64,000 bases of DNA, taken from NCBI RefSeq assembly GCF_013315695.1, contig NZ_CP054353.1. One strand, 5' to 3'. This stretch comes from Escherichia coli. GTDB taxonomy: Bacteria > Pseudomonadota > Gammaproteobacteria > Enterobacterales > Enterobacteriaceae. This document shows, one piece after another, positions 25,231 to 37,477 of the stretch. The notes beneath the pieces are model-generated. The model was not told the origin of the DNA, searched no databases, and was given only the letters and a program-made list of their open reading frames with translations. Each line of letters starts with the position of its first letter. Position 1 is the stretch's first letter. The position numbers and the translations under genes are program-made.

Positions 25231-26604
25231 ATGGAAAGTAAGAACAAGCTAAAGCGTGGGCTAAGTACCCGCCACATACGCTTTATGGCACTGGGTTCAG
25301 CAATTGGCACCGGGTTGTTTTACGGTTCGGCAGACGCCATCAAAATGGCCGGTCCAAGCGTGTTGTTGGCCTATATTATCGGTGGTATCGCGGCGTATAT
25401 CATTATGCGCGCGCTGGGGGAAATGTCGGTACATAACCCGGCCGCCAGCTCTTTCTCGCGTTATGCGCAGGAAAACCTCGGACCGCTGGCAGGTTACATT
25501 ACCGGCTGGACCTACTGCTTTGAAATCCTAATTGTCGCCATCGCCGATGTGACCGCTTTTGGTATCTATATGGGTGTCTGGTTCCCGACGGTGCCGCACT
25601 GGATTTGGGTACTGAGCGTGGTGCTGATCATTTGCGCCGTAAACCTGATGAGCGTGAAGGTATTCGGTGAGCTGGAGTTCTGGTTCTCGTTCTTTAAAGT
25701 CGCCACCATCATCATCATGATTGTCGCCGGTTTCGGCATCATCATCTGGGGGATTGGCAACGGCGGGCAACCGACCGGTATTCATAACCTGTGGAGCAAC
25801 GGCGGCTTCTTCAGTAACGGCTGGCTTGGTATGGTGATGTCGTTGCAAATGGTGATGTTTGCTTACGGTGGGATCGAAATTATCGGGATTACCGCCGGTG
25901 AAGCGAAAGATCCTGAGAAATCGATTCCGCGTGCGATTAACTCCGTGCCGATGCGTATTCTGGTGTTCTACGTCGGTACGCTGTTCGTCATAATGTCTAT
26001 CTACCCGTGGAATCAGGTTGGCACTGCCGGTAGCCCGTTCGTGCTGACGTTCCAGCATATGGGCATTACCTTTGCCGCCAGCATTCTTAACTTTGTTGTG
26101 CTGACCGCTTCGCTGTCGGCAATTAACAGTGACGTATTTGGCGTAGGCCGTATGCTCCACGGTATGGCAGAGCAGGGCAGCGCGCCAAAAATTTTCAGCA
26201 AAACCTCGCGTCGCGGTATTCCGTGGGTTACGGTGCTGGTGATGACTACCGCGCTGCTGTTTGCGGTGTATCTGAACTACATCATGCCGGAAAACGTCTT
26301 CCTGGTGATCGCTTCGCTGGCAACCTTCGCCACGGTGTGGGTGTGGATTATGATCCTGCTGTCGCAAATCGCCTTCCGTCGCCGTTTGCCGCCAGAAGAA
26401 GTTAAGGCGCTGAAATTTAAAGTGCCGGGTGGGGTCGCAACCACCATCTGCGGTTTGATTTTCCTGCTCTTTATTATCGGGTTGATTGGTTATCACCCGG
26501 ATACGCGTATCTCGCTGTATGTCGGTTTCGCGTGGATTGTTGTGCTGTTGATTGGCTGGATGTTTAAGCGCCGCCACGATCGTCAGCTGGCTGAAAACCA
26601 CTAA
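25231..26604 (+). CDS. proY: Proline-specific permease ProY (APC family)
   Basis: 457-aa protein from [30 protein letters not shown]... Confidence 0.9.
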   Translation: MESKNKLKRGLSTRHIRFMALGSAIGTGLFYGSADAIKMAGPSVLLAYIIGGIAAYIIMRALGEMSVHNPAASSFSRYAQENLGPLAGYITGWTYCFEILIVAIADVTAFGIYMGVWFPTVPHWIWVLSVVLIICAVNLMSVKVFGELEFWFSFFKVATIIIMIVAGFGIIIWGIGNGGQPTGIHNLWSNGGFFSNGWLGMVMSLQMVMFAYGGIEIIGITAGEAKDPEKSIPRAINSVPMRILVFYVGTLFVIMSIYPWNQVGTAGSPFVLTFQHMGITFAASILNFVVLTASLSAINSDVFGVGRMLHGMAEQGSAPKIFSKTSRRGIPWVTVLVMTTALLFAVYLNYIMPENVFLVIASLATFATVWVWIMILLSQIAFRRRLPPEEVKALKFKVPGGVATTICGLIFLLFIIGLIGYHPDTRISLYVGFAWIVVLLIGWMFKRRHDRQLAENH

Positions 26605-26762
26605 TCCTTGCGTTCTGTAAGCCGGTTCAGGAGGAAATCCTGATCCGGCTATTCCGAAAGTTATCCGCCCCCGTCCTCCTCCCCCAAATATCCTTCAGAT
26701 GATGAGTGATCCTGCATTAGGCTATGGCAAGGTGATCAGATTTTCATCACAGGGGAATTATG

Positions 26763-28577
26763 ATGTTAAATGCATGGCACCTGCCGGTGCCCCCATTTGT
26801 TAAACAAAGCAAAGATCAACTGCTCATTACGCTGTGGCTGACGGGCGAAGACCCACCGCAGCGCATTATGCTGCGTACAGAACACGACAACGAAGAAACG
26901 TCAGTAGCGATGCATAAGCAGCGCAGTCAGCCGCAGCCTGGCGTTACCGCATGGCGGGCGGCGATCGATCTCTCCAGCGGGCAACCTCGGCGGCGTTATA
27001 GTTTCAAATTACTGTGGCACGATCGCCAGCGTTGGTTTACACCGCAGGGCTTCAGCCGAATGCCGCCAGCACGACTGGAGCAGTTTGCTGTCGATGTCCC
27101 GGATATCGGCCCACAATGGGCTGCGGATCAGATTTTTTATCAGATCTTCCCTGATCGTTTCGCCCGTAGTCTTCCTCGTGAAGCTGAACAGGATCATGTT
27201 TATTACCATCACGCAGCCGGACAAGAGATCATATTGCGTGACTGGGATGAACCGGTCACGGCGCAGGCGGGCGGATCAACGTTCTATGGCGGCGATCTGG
27301 ACGGTATCAGCGAAAAACTGCCGTATCTGAAAAAGCTCGGCGTGACGGCGCTGTATCTTAACCCGGTGTTTAAAGCCCCCAGCGTACATAAATACGATAC
27401 AGAGGATTATCGCCACGTCGATCCGCAGTTTGGCGGCGACGGAGCGTTGCTGCGTTTGCGACACCATACGCAGCAGCTGGGAATGCGGCTGGTGCTGGAT
27501 GGCGTGTTTAACCACAGTGGCGATTCCCATGCCTGGTTTGACAGGCACAATCGTGGCACGGGTGGTGCTTGTCACAACCCCGAATCGCCCTGGCGCGACT
27601 GGTACTCGTTTAGTGACGATGGCACGGCGCTCGACTGGCTGGGCTATGCCAGCTTGCCGAAACTGGATTATCAGTCGGAAAGTCTGGTGAATGAAATTTA
27701 TCGCGGGGAAGACAGTATTGTCCGCCACTGGCTGAAAGCGCCGTGGAATATGGACGGCTGGCGGCTGGATGTGGTGCATATGCTGGGGGAAGCGGGTGGG
27801 GCGCGCAATAATTTGCAGCACGTTGCCGGGATCACCGAAGCGGCGAAAGAAACCCAGCCGGAAGCGTATATCGTTGGAGAGCATTTTGGCGATGCACGGC
27901 AATGGTTACAGGCCGATGTGGAAGATGCCGCCATGAACTATCGCGGCTTCACATTCCCGTTGTGGGGATTTCTTGCCAATACCGACATCTCTTATGATCC
28001 GCAGCAAATTGACGCCCAAACCTGTATGGCCTGGATGGATAATTACCGCGCCGGACTTTCTCATCAACAGCAACTGCGTATGTTTAATCAGCTCGATAGC
28101 CACGATACTGCGCGATTTAAAACGCTGCTCGGTCGGGATATTGCGCGCCTGCCGCTGGCGGTGGTCTGGTTGTTCACCTGGCCTGGTGTACCATGCATTT
28201 ATTACGGTGATGAAGTGGGGCTGGATGGTAAAAACGATCCGTTTTGCCGTAAACCGTTCCCCTGGCAGGTGGAAAAGCAGGATACGGCGTTATTCGCGCT
28301 GTACCAGCGAATGATTGCGCTGCGTAAGAAAAGTCAGGCGCTGCGTCGTGGCGGCTGTCAGGTGCTGTATGCGGAAGATAACGTGGTGGTATTTGGCCGC
28401 GTGCTGAATCAGCAGCGTGTACTGGTGGCAATCAACCGTGGAGAAGCCTGTGAAGTGGTGCTACCCGCGTCACCGTTGCTTAATGTTGCGCAATGGCAAC
28501 GCAAAGAAGGCCATGGGCAACTGACAGACGGGATTCTGGCTTTGCCTGCCATTTCGGCTACGGTGTGGATCAACTAA
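26763..28577 (+). CDS. malZ: Maltodextrin glucosidase
   Basis: 604-aa GH13 [18 protein letters not shown]... Confidence 0.95.
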   Translation: MLNAWHLPVPPFVKQSKDQLLITLWLTGEDPPQRIMLRTEHDNEETSVAMHKQRSQPQPGVTAWRAAIDLSSGQPRRRYSFKLLWHDRQRWFTPQGFSRMPPARLEQFAVDVPDIGPQWAADQIFYQIFPDRFARSLPREAEQDHVYYHHAAGQEIILRDWDEPVTAQAGGSTFYGGDLDGISEKLPYLKKLGVTALYLNPVFKAPSVHKYDTEDYRHVDPQFGGDGALLRLRHHTQQLGMRLVLDGVFNHSGDSHAWFDRHNRGTGGACHNPESPWRDWYSFSDDGTALDWLGYASLPKLDYQSESLVNEIYRGEDSIVRHWLKAPWNMDGWRLDVVHMLGEAGGARNNLQHVAGITEAAKETQPEAYIVGEHFGDARQWLQADVEDAAMNYRGFTFPLWGFLANTDISYDPQQIDAQTCMAWMDNYRAGLSHQQQLRMFNQLDSHDTARFKTLLGRDIARLPLAVVWLFTWPGVPCIYYGDEVGLDGKNDPFCRKPFPWQVEKQDTALFALYQRMIALRKKSQALRRGGCQVLYAEDNVVVFGRVLNQQRVLVAINRGEACEVVLPASPLLNVAQWQRKEGHGQLTDGILALPAISATVWIN

Positions 28578-28763
28578 AGCATCTGTTTTATTTATTACGT
28601 CGTAGTCACCAGCCCTGACACTACGCAGCGCAAAAAAGCTGCTCAATGTCAGGGCTGAGTTTGTTAAATATTTGTCCCGTTCGATATGAGCGATTTTTGG
28701 TATTCTTTGCCCATGAGGTTATGTACAACATGCTCCAGGATAACCCTGTAGTGGAGCAAAGAT

Positions 28764-30209
28764 ATGACAATTTCAAATTCGAATTTATTGAAACCGTTTA
28801 TTCCTGGTACTGAGTTGCCACCTTTTAAAGAGGATGTTTTTTCTAAAACAGAAGAACAATTTAAAAAAAGCCCCCATGGCAAATTGCTTTTCATTTCCGG
28901 AAATGAAAACTTAGTAAACATTTCAGCGGAAAAAATCGATGAAATAAAAAATAGCAAAGATTTCTTTTCAAATATTGTAAATATAATAATTTTAATCATT
29001 AAGCATCCTGATAAAATTCTGCCCATTCTTCATGGTTGTCCTGCAGAGTCCATCGAACTCATTAAGAATGCGAAACGAACGGGGCAATGGTCATATGAGA
29101 TGACTGATAAGAACGGGCAGAATATTGAAGTGTCCTATATTTTCACTGATACCATAGATGATAAATCTGATGGAAAATTATGCTTAAAAATCTGTAACTC
29201 TTGCAACCAAAATGATTCTAGTACACATGAATATAAAATAGATCATCAACAGTTGAAAAATCACATAAGGCAACTTGAGGAGTGGGCCCTTCTTGAAAAG
29301 TTTTATGATAACAACGCTTATTATTCTAAACGTACAAAACAATTAGAGAAGAAAATTGCCGATGCGGGGTTTATAACAGGGAAGGTTAATGCCGATAACT
29401 TTAATGTAAAAGAGTTTAAAGACGATATAGCCTCGATGCTTTGTGAACAGCCCCCCATGCGTACACACCAGATTTCTTCATCCGGATACTTATCTGCCGA
29501 TAAAGTGCCTGATCTCTATAAGACAAATTTGAAAGACGCGCAGAGAGATCTGAAAACAACACCGGTTGACATCGATGGTGTTAGTCTAAAATCAAAAACT
29601 CGGGAAAAAATTGCGGAAAAAATTGCGAAAAAAACTGAGGAAAAAATTGCGAAACAAAATGCGAAGACCATTGAGGAGAAGAATAGTGAAAAAAACAAGA
29701 AAGAAACAAATCCTGAGGATAATTTTGTCTTAAAATTCTCACCGGACGAAATCAATGAGATGCTCCTGGATTACAGCGATGAAGAACAAAAAAAATTAAG
29801 ACCTTTTTTCACTAGTGATCACATCTATTGTTTGTTTGATGCTTTTAGTCAGGGTTTGCATAATGTTGCTCGTAATGGCAGTCCACGGTATGCAGGTTTA
29901 CTACATCAAATAGCATCCAACTCTGAGATATTACAAGATTTTGATCAACAATTGTTCTGGCGCACGTTTTCAGGAGGAGTCTTCCATCGACGTATCTCTG
30001 TGAACAGCGAGCCAGAAAAGACAGATGTATGGCGATTCAGTACACAATTTGATTTTCCACATATAAATGACAACGGGGAGTTGTCCAGAACGGTACTCAT
30101 GTTCGAGGGGGTTGCTGAAAGCAACTTTAAAGATATCGCCAATCATTCCAGCGAATGTTTTTCTTACAGTTGTTATGCCGCTCCGCTGGATGCGAATGCT
30201 AAAAAATAG
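28764..30209 (+). CDS. Hypothetical 481-aa protein in an AT-rich islet; internal Lys/Glu-rich repeat; C-terminal region with a candidate papain-like (OTU-like) cysteine peptidase Cys motif
   Basis: Long uninterrupted ORF with GGAG 8 bp upstream of the ATG; visibly AT-rich codon usage unlike flanking genes; not part of the K-12 malZ-acpH junction as I recall it; motif SDHIYCLFDAFSQGL (Cys356) and downstream FPHIND (His433); function is inference only. Confidence 0.7.
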   Translation: MTISNSNLLKPFIPGTELPPFKEDVFSKTEEQFKKSPHGKLLFISGNENLVNISAEKIDEIKNSKDFFSNIVNIIILIIKHPDKILPILHGCPAESIELIKNAKRTGQWSYEMTDKNGQNIEVSYIFTDTIDDKSDGKLCLKICNSCNQNDSSTHEYKIDHQQLKNHIRQLEEWALLEKFYDNNAYYSKRTKQLEKKIADAGFITGKVNADNFNVKEFKDDIASMLCEQPPMRTHQISSSGYLSADKVPDLYKTNLKDAQRDLKTTPVDIDGVSLKSKTREKIAEKIAKKTEEKIAKQNAKTIEEKNSEKNKKETNPEDNFVLKFSPDEINEMLLDYSDEEQKKLRPFFTSDHIYCLFDAFSQGLHNVARNGSPRYAGLLHQIASNSEILQDFDQQLFWRTFSGGVFHRRISVNSEPEKTDVWRFSTQFDFPHINDNGELSRTVLMFEGVAESNFKDIANHSSECFSYSCYAAPLDANAKK

Positions 30210-30229
30210 TGACGCCGGAGCTTGAAGTT

Positions 30230-30811
30230 TCAGAGCGCCTTGCGTGACGCCTGCGCCATCATCCGCGGATAAAACTGCCAGAAGCGGGTTTCGAGGGCGG
30301 CATAATGTGCGTTTAAATCGTACCAGGAGTCACGCAGGGCATCCAGACGTGGGCGACGGCTTGCCATGCCGTTTAACACGTTCTGGATGAAATCCATATC
30401 GCGATAGCGCACCAGCCACTGCTCTGACCACAAGTAATTGTTCAGATTGATAAAACGTGGCGGTGAGTCCGGCAAAATCGTCATCACTTGCTCGCGGGCA
30501 TAACAGACAAATTCCTGTAGCGGAAAGTCCGGCGACAGCTGCGACCAGTGGCGGGAAAGAAAGTGATCCCACATGACATCCAGCGTAATAGGCGCAACGC
30601 GGCGCGTTTCACTACGAAACCATTCCCGTGCTTCGCGGACTTCCGGCAGATTGTCGGTTAGTACATCAATGCGCCGATGCATATGAATGCCAGCCACGAC
30701 GTCGGGCGGAAAACTTTCTTCAGGATTTCCGCGTACGAAATCAGCCAGTAAATTGCCGGAAAGCGAGCTTTCCGCGAGATGGGCTAAATGCAGGTGAGCT
30801 AAAAAATTCAT
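30230..30811 (-). CDS. acpH: Acyl carrier protein phosphodiesterase AcpH (YajB)
   Basis: 193-aa [28 protein letters not shown]... Confidence 0.9.
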   Translation of the reverse strand: MNFLAHLHLAHLAESSLSGNLLADFVRGNPEESFPPDVVAGIHMHRRIDVLTDNLPEVREAREWFRSETRRVAPITLDVMWDHFLSRHWSQLSPDFPLQEFVCYAREQVMTILPDSPPRFINLNNYLWSEQWLVRYRDMDFIQNVLNGMASRRPRLDALRDSWYDLNAHYAALETRFWQFYPRMMAQASRKAL

Positions 30812-30903
30812 CGATTATATTCTATCCAAAGGGGGGTAAAGGTTGCAGGGAGAGCGCCCCGGCACTAGACTACCCGCCTCTTATTTTAGTCTGAGTCAGT
30901 GTC

Positions 30904-31974
30904 ATGCGCGTTACCGATTTCTCCTTTGAATTGCCCGAATCCCTGATTGCCCACTATCCCATGCCTGAACGCAGTAGCTGTCGTTTACTGTCGCTGGACG
31001 GGCCGACGGGCGCGCTGACGCACGGTACTTTCACCGATTTACTCGATAAGCTCAACCCCGGCGATCTTCTGGTTTTTAATAATACCCGTGTGATCCCGGC
31101 GCGCCTGTTTGGGCGTAAAGCCAGCGGCGGCAAGATTGAAGTGCTGGTTGAGCGTATGCTCGACGACAAACGCATTCTTGCGCATATTCGCGCCTCGAAA
31201 GCGACAAAACCTGGCGCAGAACTGTTGCTGGGCGATGACGAAAGTATTAACGCAACAATGACCGCGCGCCACGGCGCACTGTTTGAAGTCGAATTTAATG
31301 ATGATCGTTCGGTACTGGATATCCTCAACAGCATCGGCCATATGCCGCTGCCGCCGTATATCGACCGTCCGGACGAAGACGCTGACCGCGAACTTTATCA
31401 AACCGTTTATAGCGAAAAACCGGGCGCGGTTGCAGCCCCGACCGCTGGTCTGCATTTTGACGAACCTTTGCTGGAAAAATTACGCGCCAAAGGCGTGGAG
31501 ATGGCGTTTGTCACCCTGCACGTTGGTGCGGGCACCTTCCAGCCGGTGCGCGTCGACACCATTGAAGATCACATCATGCACTCAGAATACGCTGAAGTGC
31601 CGCAGGATGTGGTTGACGCAGTGCTGGCTGCGAAAGCGCGTGGAAATCGGGTGATTGCGGTTGGCACCACCTCTGTTCGCTCGCTTGAGAGCGCGGCCCA
31701 GGCGGCGAAAAACGATCTCATCGAACCGTTCTTTGACGATACCCAAATCTTTATCTATCCCGGCTTCCAGTACAAAGTGGTCGATGCGCTGGTGACTAAC
31801 TTCCACCTGCCGGAATCGACGTTGATTATGCTGGTTTCGGCCTTTGCCGGTTACCAACACACCATGAATGCCTATAAAGCAGCAGTAGAAGAGAAATATC
31901 GCTTTTTTAGTTACGGTGATGCGATGTTTATCACGTACAATCCGCAGGCAATTAATGAGCGCGTCGGGGAGTAA
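30904..31974 (+). CDS. queA: S-adenosylmethionine:tRNA ribosyltransferase-isomerase
   Basis: 356-aa [22 protein letters not shown]... Confidence 0.95.
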   Translation: MRVTDFSFELPESLIAHYPMPERSSCRLLSLDGPTGALTHGTFTDLLDKLNPGDLLVFNNTRVIPARLFGRKASGGKIEVLVERMLDDKRILAHIRASKATKPGAELLLGDDESINATMTARHGALFEVEFNDDRSVLDILNSIGHMPLPPYIDRPDEDADRELYQTVYSEKPGAVAAPTAGLHFDEPLLEKLRAKGVEMAFVTLHVGAGTFQPVRVDTIEDHIMHSEYAEVPQDVVDAVLAAKARGNRVIAVGTTSVRSLESAAQAAKNDLIEPFFDDTQIFIYPGFQYKVVDALVTNFHLPESTLIMLVSAFAGYQHTMNAYKAAVEEKYRFFSYGDAMFITYNPQAINERVGE

Positions 31975-32014
31975 TTCCGCGGCGCTGGTTTAAAACGTTG
32001 GACTGTTTTTCTGA

Positions 32015-33157
<1,143 letters not shown>

Positions 33158-33179
33158 TATTAATAATGAGGGAAATTTA

Positions 33180-33512
33180 ATGAGCTTTTTTATTTCTGAT
33201 GCGGTAGCGGCAACGGGTGCACCGGCGCAAGGTAGCCCGATGTCTTTGATTTTGATGCTGGTGGTATTCGGTCTGATTTTCTATTTCATGATCCTGCGTC
33301 CACAGCAGAAGCGCACCAAAGAACACAAAAAGCTGATGGACTCCATTGCCAAAGGTGATGAAGTTCTGACGAACGGTGGCCTGGTTGGTCGCGTAACCAA
33401 AGTAGCGGAAAACGGCTACATTGCTATCGCGCTGAATGACACCACTGAAGTAGTTATTAAACGTGACTTCGTAGCTGCCGTCCTGCCGAAAGGCACCATG
33501 AAGGCGCTGTAA
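33180..33512 (+). CDS. yajC: Sec translocon accessory subunit YajC
   Basis: 110-aa protein from MSFFISDAVAATGAPAQGSPMSLILMLVVFGLIFYFMILRPQQKR... Confidence 0.9.
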   Translation: MSFFISDAVAATGAPAQGSPMSLILMLVVFGLIFYFMILRPQQKRTKEHKKLMDSIAKGDEVLTNGGLVGRVTKVAENGYIAIALNDTTEVVIKRDFVAAVLPKGTMKAL

Positions 33513-33539
33513 TTAAAATTTTTCCCTAAGGGAATTGCC

Positions 33540-35387
33540 GTGTTAAACCGTTATCCTTTGTGGAAGTACGTCATGCTGATCGTGGTGATTGTCATCGGTC
33601 TGCTGTATGCGCTTCCCAACCTGTTTGGTGAGGATCCGGCTGTTCAGATCACTGGTGCGCGCGGAGTCGCCGCCAGTGAGCAAACGCTGATCCAGGTCCA
33701 GAAAACGTTACAAGAAGAAAAAATAACTGCTAAGTCTGTGGCACTGGAAGAGGGCGCTATTCTTGCGCGCTTCGACTCCACTGACACCCAGCTGCGCGCT
33801 CGTGAAGCATTAATGGGCGTTATGGGTGACAAATACGTCGTGGCGCTTAACCTTGCCCCGGCAACGCCGCGCTGGCTGGCAGCTATTCACGCTGAGCCGA
33901 TGAAGCTCGGCCTTGACCTGCGTGGCGGCGTTCACTTCCTGATGGAAGTGGATATGGACACCGCGCTTGGCAAACTCCAGGAACAAAATATCGATAGCCT
34001 GCGCAGCGACCTGCGTGAAAAGGGCATCCCGTATACCACCGTTCGTAAAGAAAACAACTACGGCCTGAGCATCACTTTCCGCGATGCTAAAGCTCGTGAT
34101 GAAGCCATTGCGTATCTGAGCAAGCGCCATCCGGACCTGGTGATTAGCAGCCAGGGCAGCAACCAGCTGCGTGCGGTAATGAGCGATGCTCGTCTGAGTG
34201 AAGCGCGTGAATATGCGGTGCAGCAGAACATTAATATCCTGCGTAACCGTGTAAACCAACTTGGCGTGGCGGAGCCGGTGGTTCAGCGTCAGGGTGCTGA
34301 CCGTATCGTTGTTGAACTGCCAGGTATTCAGGACACCGCGCGTGCGAAAGAGATTCTGGGTGCGACGGCAACGCTGGAATTCCGTCTGGTAAACACCAAC
34401 GTTGATCAGGCCGCTGCGGCATCCGGCCGCGTACCGGGCGACTCTGAAGTGAAACAGACCCGCGAAGGTCAGCCGGTTGTGCTGTACAAACGCGTAATTC
34501 TGACCGGTGACCATATCACCGACTCCACTTCCAGCCAGGACGAATACAACCAGCCGCAGGTTAACATTTCGCTCGACAGCGCAGGTGGCAACATTATGTC
34601 TAACTTCACCAAGGACAACATCGGCAAACCGATGGCGACCCTGTTTGTGGAGTACAAAGACAGCGGCAAGAAAGATGCTAACGGTCGTGCGGTTCTGGTG
34701 AAACAGGAAGAGGTGATTAACATCGCTAACATCCAGTCTCGTCTGGGTAACAGCTTCCGTATCACCGGTATTAACAACCCGAACGAAGCCCGTCAGCTTT
34801 CACTTTTGCTGCGTGCCGGTGCGTTGATCGCGCCAATTCAGATTGTTGAAGAACGTACCATTGGCCCGACTCTGGGTATGCAGAACATTGAACAGGGGCT
34901 GGAGGCTTGCCTTGCCGGTCTGCTGGTTTCTATTCTGTTTATGATCATCTTCTATAAGAAGTTTGGTCTGATTGCGACCAGTGCTTTGATTGCCAACTTG
35001 ATCTTGATCGTCGGCATTATGTCGCTGTTGCCAGGCGCAACGCTGAGTATGCCAGGTATCGCGGGTATCGTCTTAACCCTTGCGGTAGCGGTCGACGCGA
35101 ACGTACTGATCAACGAACGTATTAAAGAAGAGTTGAGCAACGGACGTACTGTTCAACAGGCAATTGATGAAGGTTATCGTGGCGCATTCAGTTCCATCTT
35201 CGATGCGAACATCACCACGCTGATTAAAGTCATCATCCTGTACGCAGTGGGTACCGGGGCAATTAAAGGGTTCGCGATTACTACCGGTATCGGTGTGGCG
35301 ACGTCGATGTTTACCGCGATTGTCGGTACGCGTGCCATCGTAAACCTGCTATATGGCGGCAAGCGCGTCAAGAAGCTGTCAATCTGA
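33540..35387 (+). CDS. secD: Protein translocase subunit SecD
   Basis: 615-aa [34 protein letters not shown]... Confidence 0.95.
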   Translation: MLNRYPLWKYVMLIVVIVIGLLYALPNLFGEDPAVQITGARGVAASEQTLIQVQKTLQEEKITAKSVALEEGAILARFDSTDTQLRAREALMGVMGDKYVVALNLAPATPRWLAAIHAEPMKLGLDLRGGVHFLMEVDMDTALGKLQEQNIDSLRSDLREKGIPYTTVRKENNYGLSITFRDAKARDEAIAYLSKRHPDLVISSQGSNQLRAVMSDARLSEAREYAVQQNINILRNRVNQLGVAEPVVQRQGADRIVVELPGIQDTARAKEILGATATLEFRLVNTNVDQAAAASGRVPGDSEVKQTREGQPVVLYKRVILTGDHITDSTSSQDEYNQPQVNISLDSAGGNIMSNFTKDNIGKPMATLFVEYKDSGKKDANGRAVLVKQEEVINIANIQSRLGNSFRITGINNPNEARQLSLLLRAGALIAPIQIVEERTIGPTLGMQNIEQGLEACLAGLLVSILFMIIFYKKFGLIATSALIANLILIVGIMSLLPGATLSMPGIAGIVLTLAVAVDANVLINERIKEELSNGRTVQQAIDEGYRGAFSSIFDANITTLIKVIILYAVGTGAIKGFAITTGIGVATSMFTAIVGTRAIVNLLYGGKRVKKLSI

Positions 35388-35397
35388 GGAGTGCGAT

Positions 35398-36369
35398 GTG
35401 GCACAGGAATATACTGTTGAACAACTAAACCACGGCCGTAAAGTCTATGACTTTATGCGCTGGGACTACTGGGCTTTCGGCATCTCTGGTCTGCTGTTAA
35501 TCGCCGCTATCGTTATTATGGGCGTGCGCGGCTTTAACTGGGGGCTGGATTTCACCGGTGGTACGGTTATTGAAATTACGCTCGAAAAACCGGCTGAAAT
35601 TGACGTAATGCGTGATGCATTGCAAAAAGCCGGTTTTGAAGAGCCGATGCTGCAAAACTTTGGTAGCAGCCACGACATCATGGTCCGTATGCCGCCTGCT
35701 GAAGGCGAAACCGGCGGTCAGGTGCTGGGCAGCCAGGTTCTGAAGGTGATTAACGAATCCACCAATCAGAATGCGGCAGTGAAGCGTATTGAGTTCGTCG
35801 GTCCGAGCGTGGGGGCAGACCTTGCGCAAACCGGTGCGATGGCGTTGATGGCGGCGCTGCTGTCTATCCTCGTGTACGTAGGTTTCCGCTTTGAGTGGCG
35901 ACTGGCGGCAGGGGTTGTTATTGCGCTGGCGCACGACGTTATCATTACGCTGGGTATTTTGTCGTTATTCCATATCGAGATTGACCTGACCATTGTGGCA
36001 TCGTTGATGTCAGTTATCGGTTACTCGCTTAACGACAGTATCGTGGTATCGGACCGTATTCGTGAAAACTTCCGCAAGATCCGTCGCGGTACGCCTTACG
36101 AAATCTTTAACGTGTCCTTGACCCAGACGCTGCACCGCACCTTGATCACATCCGGTACTACCTTGATGGTTATCCTGATGCTGTACCTCTTCGGTGGTCC
36201 GGTACTGGAAGGCTTCTCGCTGACCATGCTTATCGGTGTTTCCATCGGTACTGCATCTTCCATCTACGTAGCATCGGCGCTGGCTCTGAAACTGGGTATG
36301 AAGCGCGAACACATGCTGCAGCAGAAAGTGGAAAAAGAAGGGGCGGATCAGCCGTCAATTCTGCCTTAA
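35398..36369 (+). CDS. secF: Protein translocase subunit SecF
   Basis: GTG start, (M)[18 protein letters not shown]..., 323 aa. Confidence 0.9.
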
Positions 36370-36398
36370 GGGTGTTTTAAATCCGTTCATTTAAAAAA

Positions 36399-36428
36399 CC
36401 GTGGCGTATTTGCGCTGCGGTTTTTTTT
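36399..36428 (+). terminator. Rho-independent terminator after secF
   Basis: CCGTGGCGTATTTGCGCTGCGG hairpin followed by TTTTTTTT. Confidence 0.7.
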
Positions 36429-36489
36429 CGATTGTTGATTATTTTACTGAATACAGCTTTGGTTGTAGAAAGAGTTCTGACATATACTT

Positions 36490-36508
36490 TGTATTAATAG
36501 TTAATACA
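36490..36508 (+). promoter_or_regulatory. Palindromic candidate operator upstream of the parD-like antitoxin
   Basis: TGTATTAATAGTTAATACA (perfect 8-bp arms, 3-bp spacer) ending 2 bp before the GGAG RBS of the antitoxin. Confidence 0.45.
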
Positions 36509-36520
36509 TGGAGATCGCTT

Positions 36521-36763
36521 ATGCGCAAAATTACCTCAGTAAGCGTTGGCGAACAATTAGATAGTTTTATTACCCGGATGGTCCAGTCTGGTCGTTATGG
36601 CTCGGCCAGTGAAGTGATGCGTTCAGCGCTTCGTCTATTGGAACAACAAGAATCCCGGGATGAAGCTGTCAGAAATGCAGTTATTGAAGGTCTTGAGAGC
36701 GGTGAAAGTTCGATGACGCTTCGTGATATCGCAGCAGAAAGGAAGCAAAAACATCGTGTATAA
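36521..36763 (+). CDS. ParD-like (RHH/CopG family) type II antitoxin
   Basis: 80-aa protein MRKITSVSVGEQLDSFITRMVQSGRYGSASEVMRSALRLLEQQE...; RBS GGAG upstream; ORF track start at 36401 would run through the secF terminator. Confidence 0.75.
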   Translation: MRKITSVSVGEQLDSFITRMVQSGRYGSASEVMRSALRLLEQQESRDEAVRNAVIEGLESGESSMTLRDIAAERKQKHRV

Positions 36764-37037
36764 GCTTAGCGGAAAAGCTGTTGAAGATTTCAGAGGGATC
36801 TATGACTACACGCTGGGAAAGTTTGGTGAGGAGCAGGCGGATCGCTATACCGACTCTCTCGGCATTTTTTTGGATACACTCTCTCAAATGCCCGAGATTG
36901 GTCAAGACTATGATGCGATTCCAGAGGTAAAGAAGATCGCATTTAGGTTTCACACTGTTTATTACGTTATAAGAGTCGATGACATTCTCATTGCGCGCAT
37001 TCTTCATCAGCTGATGGAACCTCGCCGTCACTGGTAA
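36753..37037 (+). CDS. ParE/RelE-superfamily type II toxin
   Basis: About 94 aa from GTG 36753 ((M)YKLSGKAVEDFRGIYDYTL...FHTVYYVIRVDDILIARILHQLMEP); overlaps the antitoxin stop; start codon uncertain (36723 or 36753). Confidence 0.7.
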   Translation: MVYKLSGKAVEDFRGIYDYTLGKFGEEQADRYTDSLGIFLDTLSQMPEIGQDYDAIPEVKKIAFRFHTVYYVIRVDDILIARILHQLMEPRRHW

Positions 37038-37124
37038 TGTGAGAATTTCTTGACTCAGGATTGCGAAAATCCCCGCATCTTGGGAAACTGCGCGTAACCC
37101 TACATTTCATCCAGGTAACTTTTC

Positions 37125-37472
37125 ATGGCTATAATCCCAAAAAACTATGCGCGGTTAGAAAGCGGTTATCGCGAAAAAGCATTAAAAATCTATCCGTGGG
37201 TCTGCGGTCGCTGTTCTCGCGAGTTTGTTTATTCCAACCTGCGTGAACTTACCGTTCACCACATTGATCACGACCATACCAATAACCCGGAAGACGGCAG
37301 TAACTGGGAGTTATTGTGTCTTTATTGCCACGATCACGAGCATTCAAAATATACCGAAGCAGATCAGTATGGTACGACCGTTATCGCAGGGGAAGATGCG
37401 CAGAAAGATGTCGGTGAAGCGAAGTACAACCCATTCGCTGACCTGAAAGCGATGATGAACAAGAAGAAGTGA
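37125..37472 (+). CDS. yajD: YajD, HNH endonuclease-family protein
   Basis: 115-aa ORF with HHIDHDHTNNP...CLYCHDHEH motif. Confidence 0.9.
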   Translation: MAIIPKNYARLESGYREKALKIYPWVCGRCSREFVYSNLRELTVHHIDHDHTNNPEDGSNWELLCLYCHDHEHSKYTEADQYGTTVIAGEDAQKDVGEAKYNPFADLKAMMNKKK

Positions 37473-37477
37473 TAAAA

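Noticed and set aside
25528-26601. 357-aa minus-strand ORF, His/Arg-rich, antisense to proY
   Set aside because: Lies entirely opposite the well-supported proY coding sequence; low-complexity composition typical of an antisense frame of a GC-rich membrane protein gene; no RBS or known family.
33810-34514. 234-aa minus-strand ORF inside secD
   Set aside because: Antisense to secD, which is confidently identified; no recognisable motifs.
36401-36520. N-terminal extension of the ParD-like antitoxin (GTG start at 36401 in the ORF track)
   Set aside because: The extension runs through the secF terminator hairpin and T-tract and encodes non-conserved sequence; ATG at 36521 with a GGAG RBS and an upstream operator palindrome is the better start.
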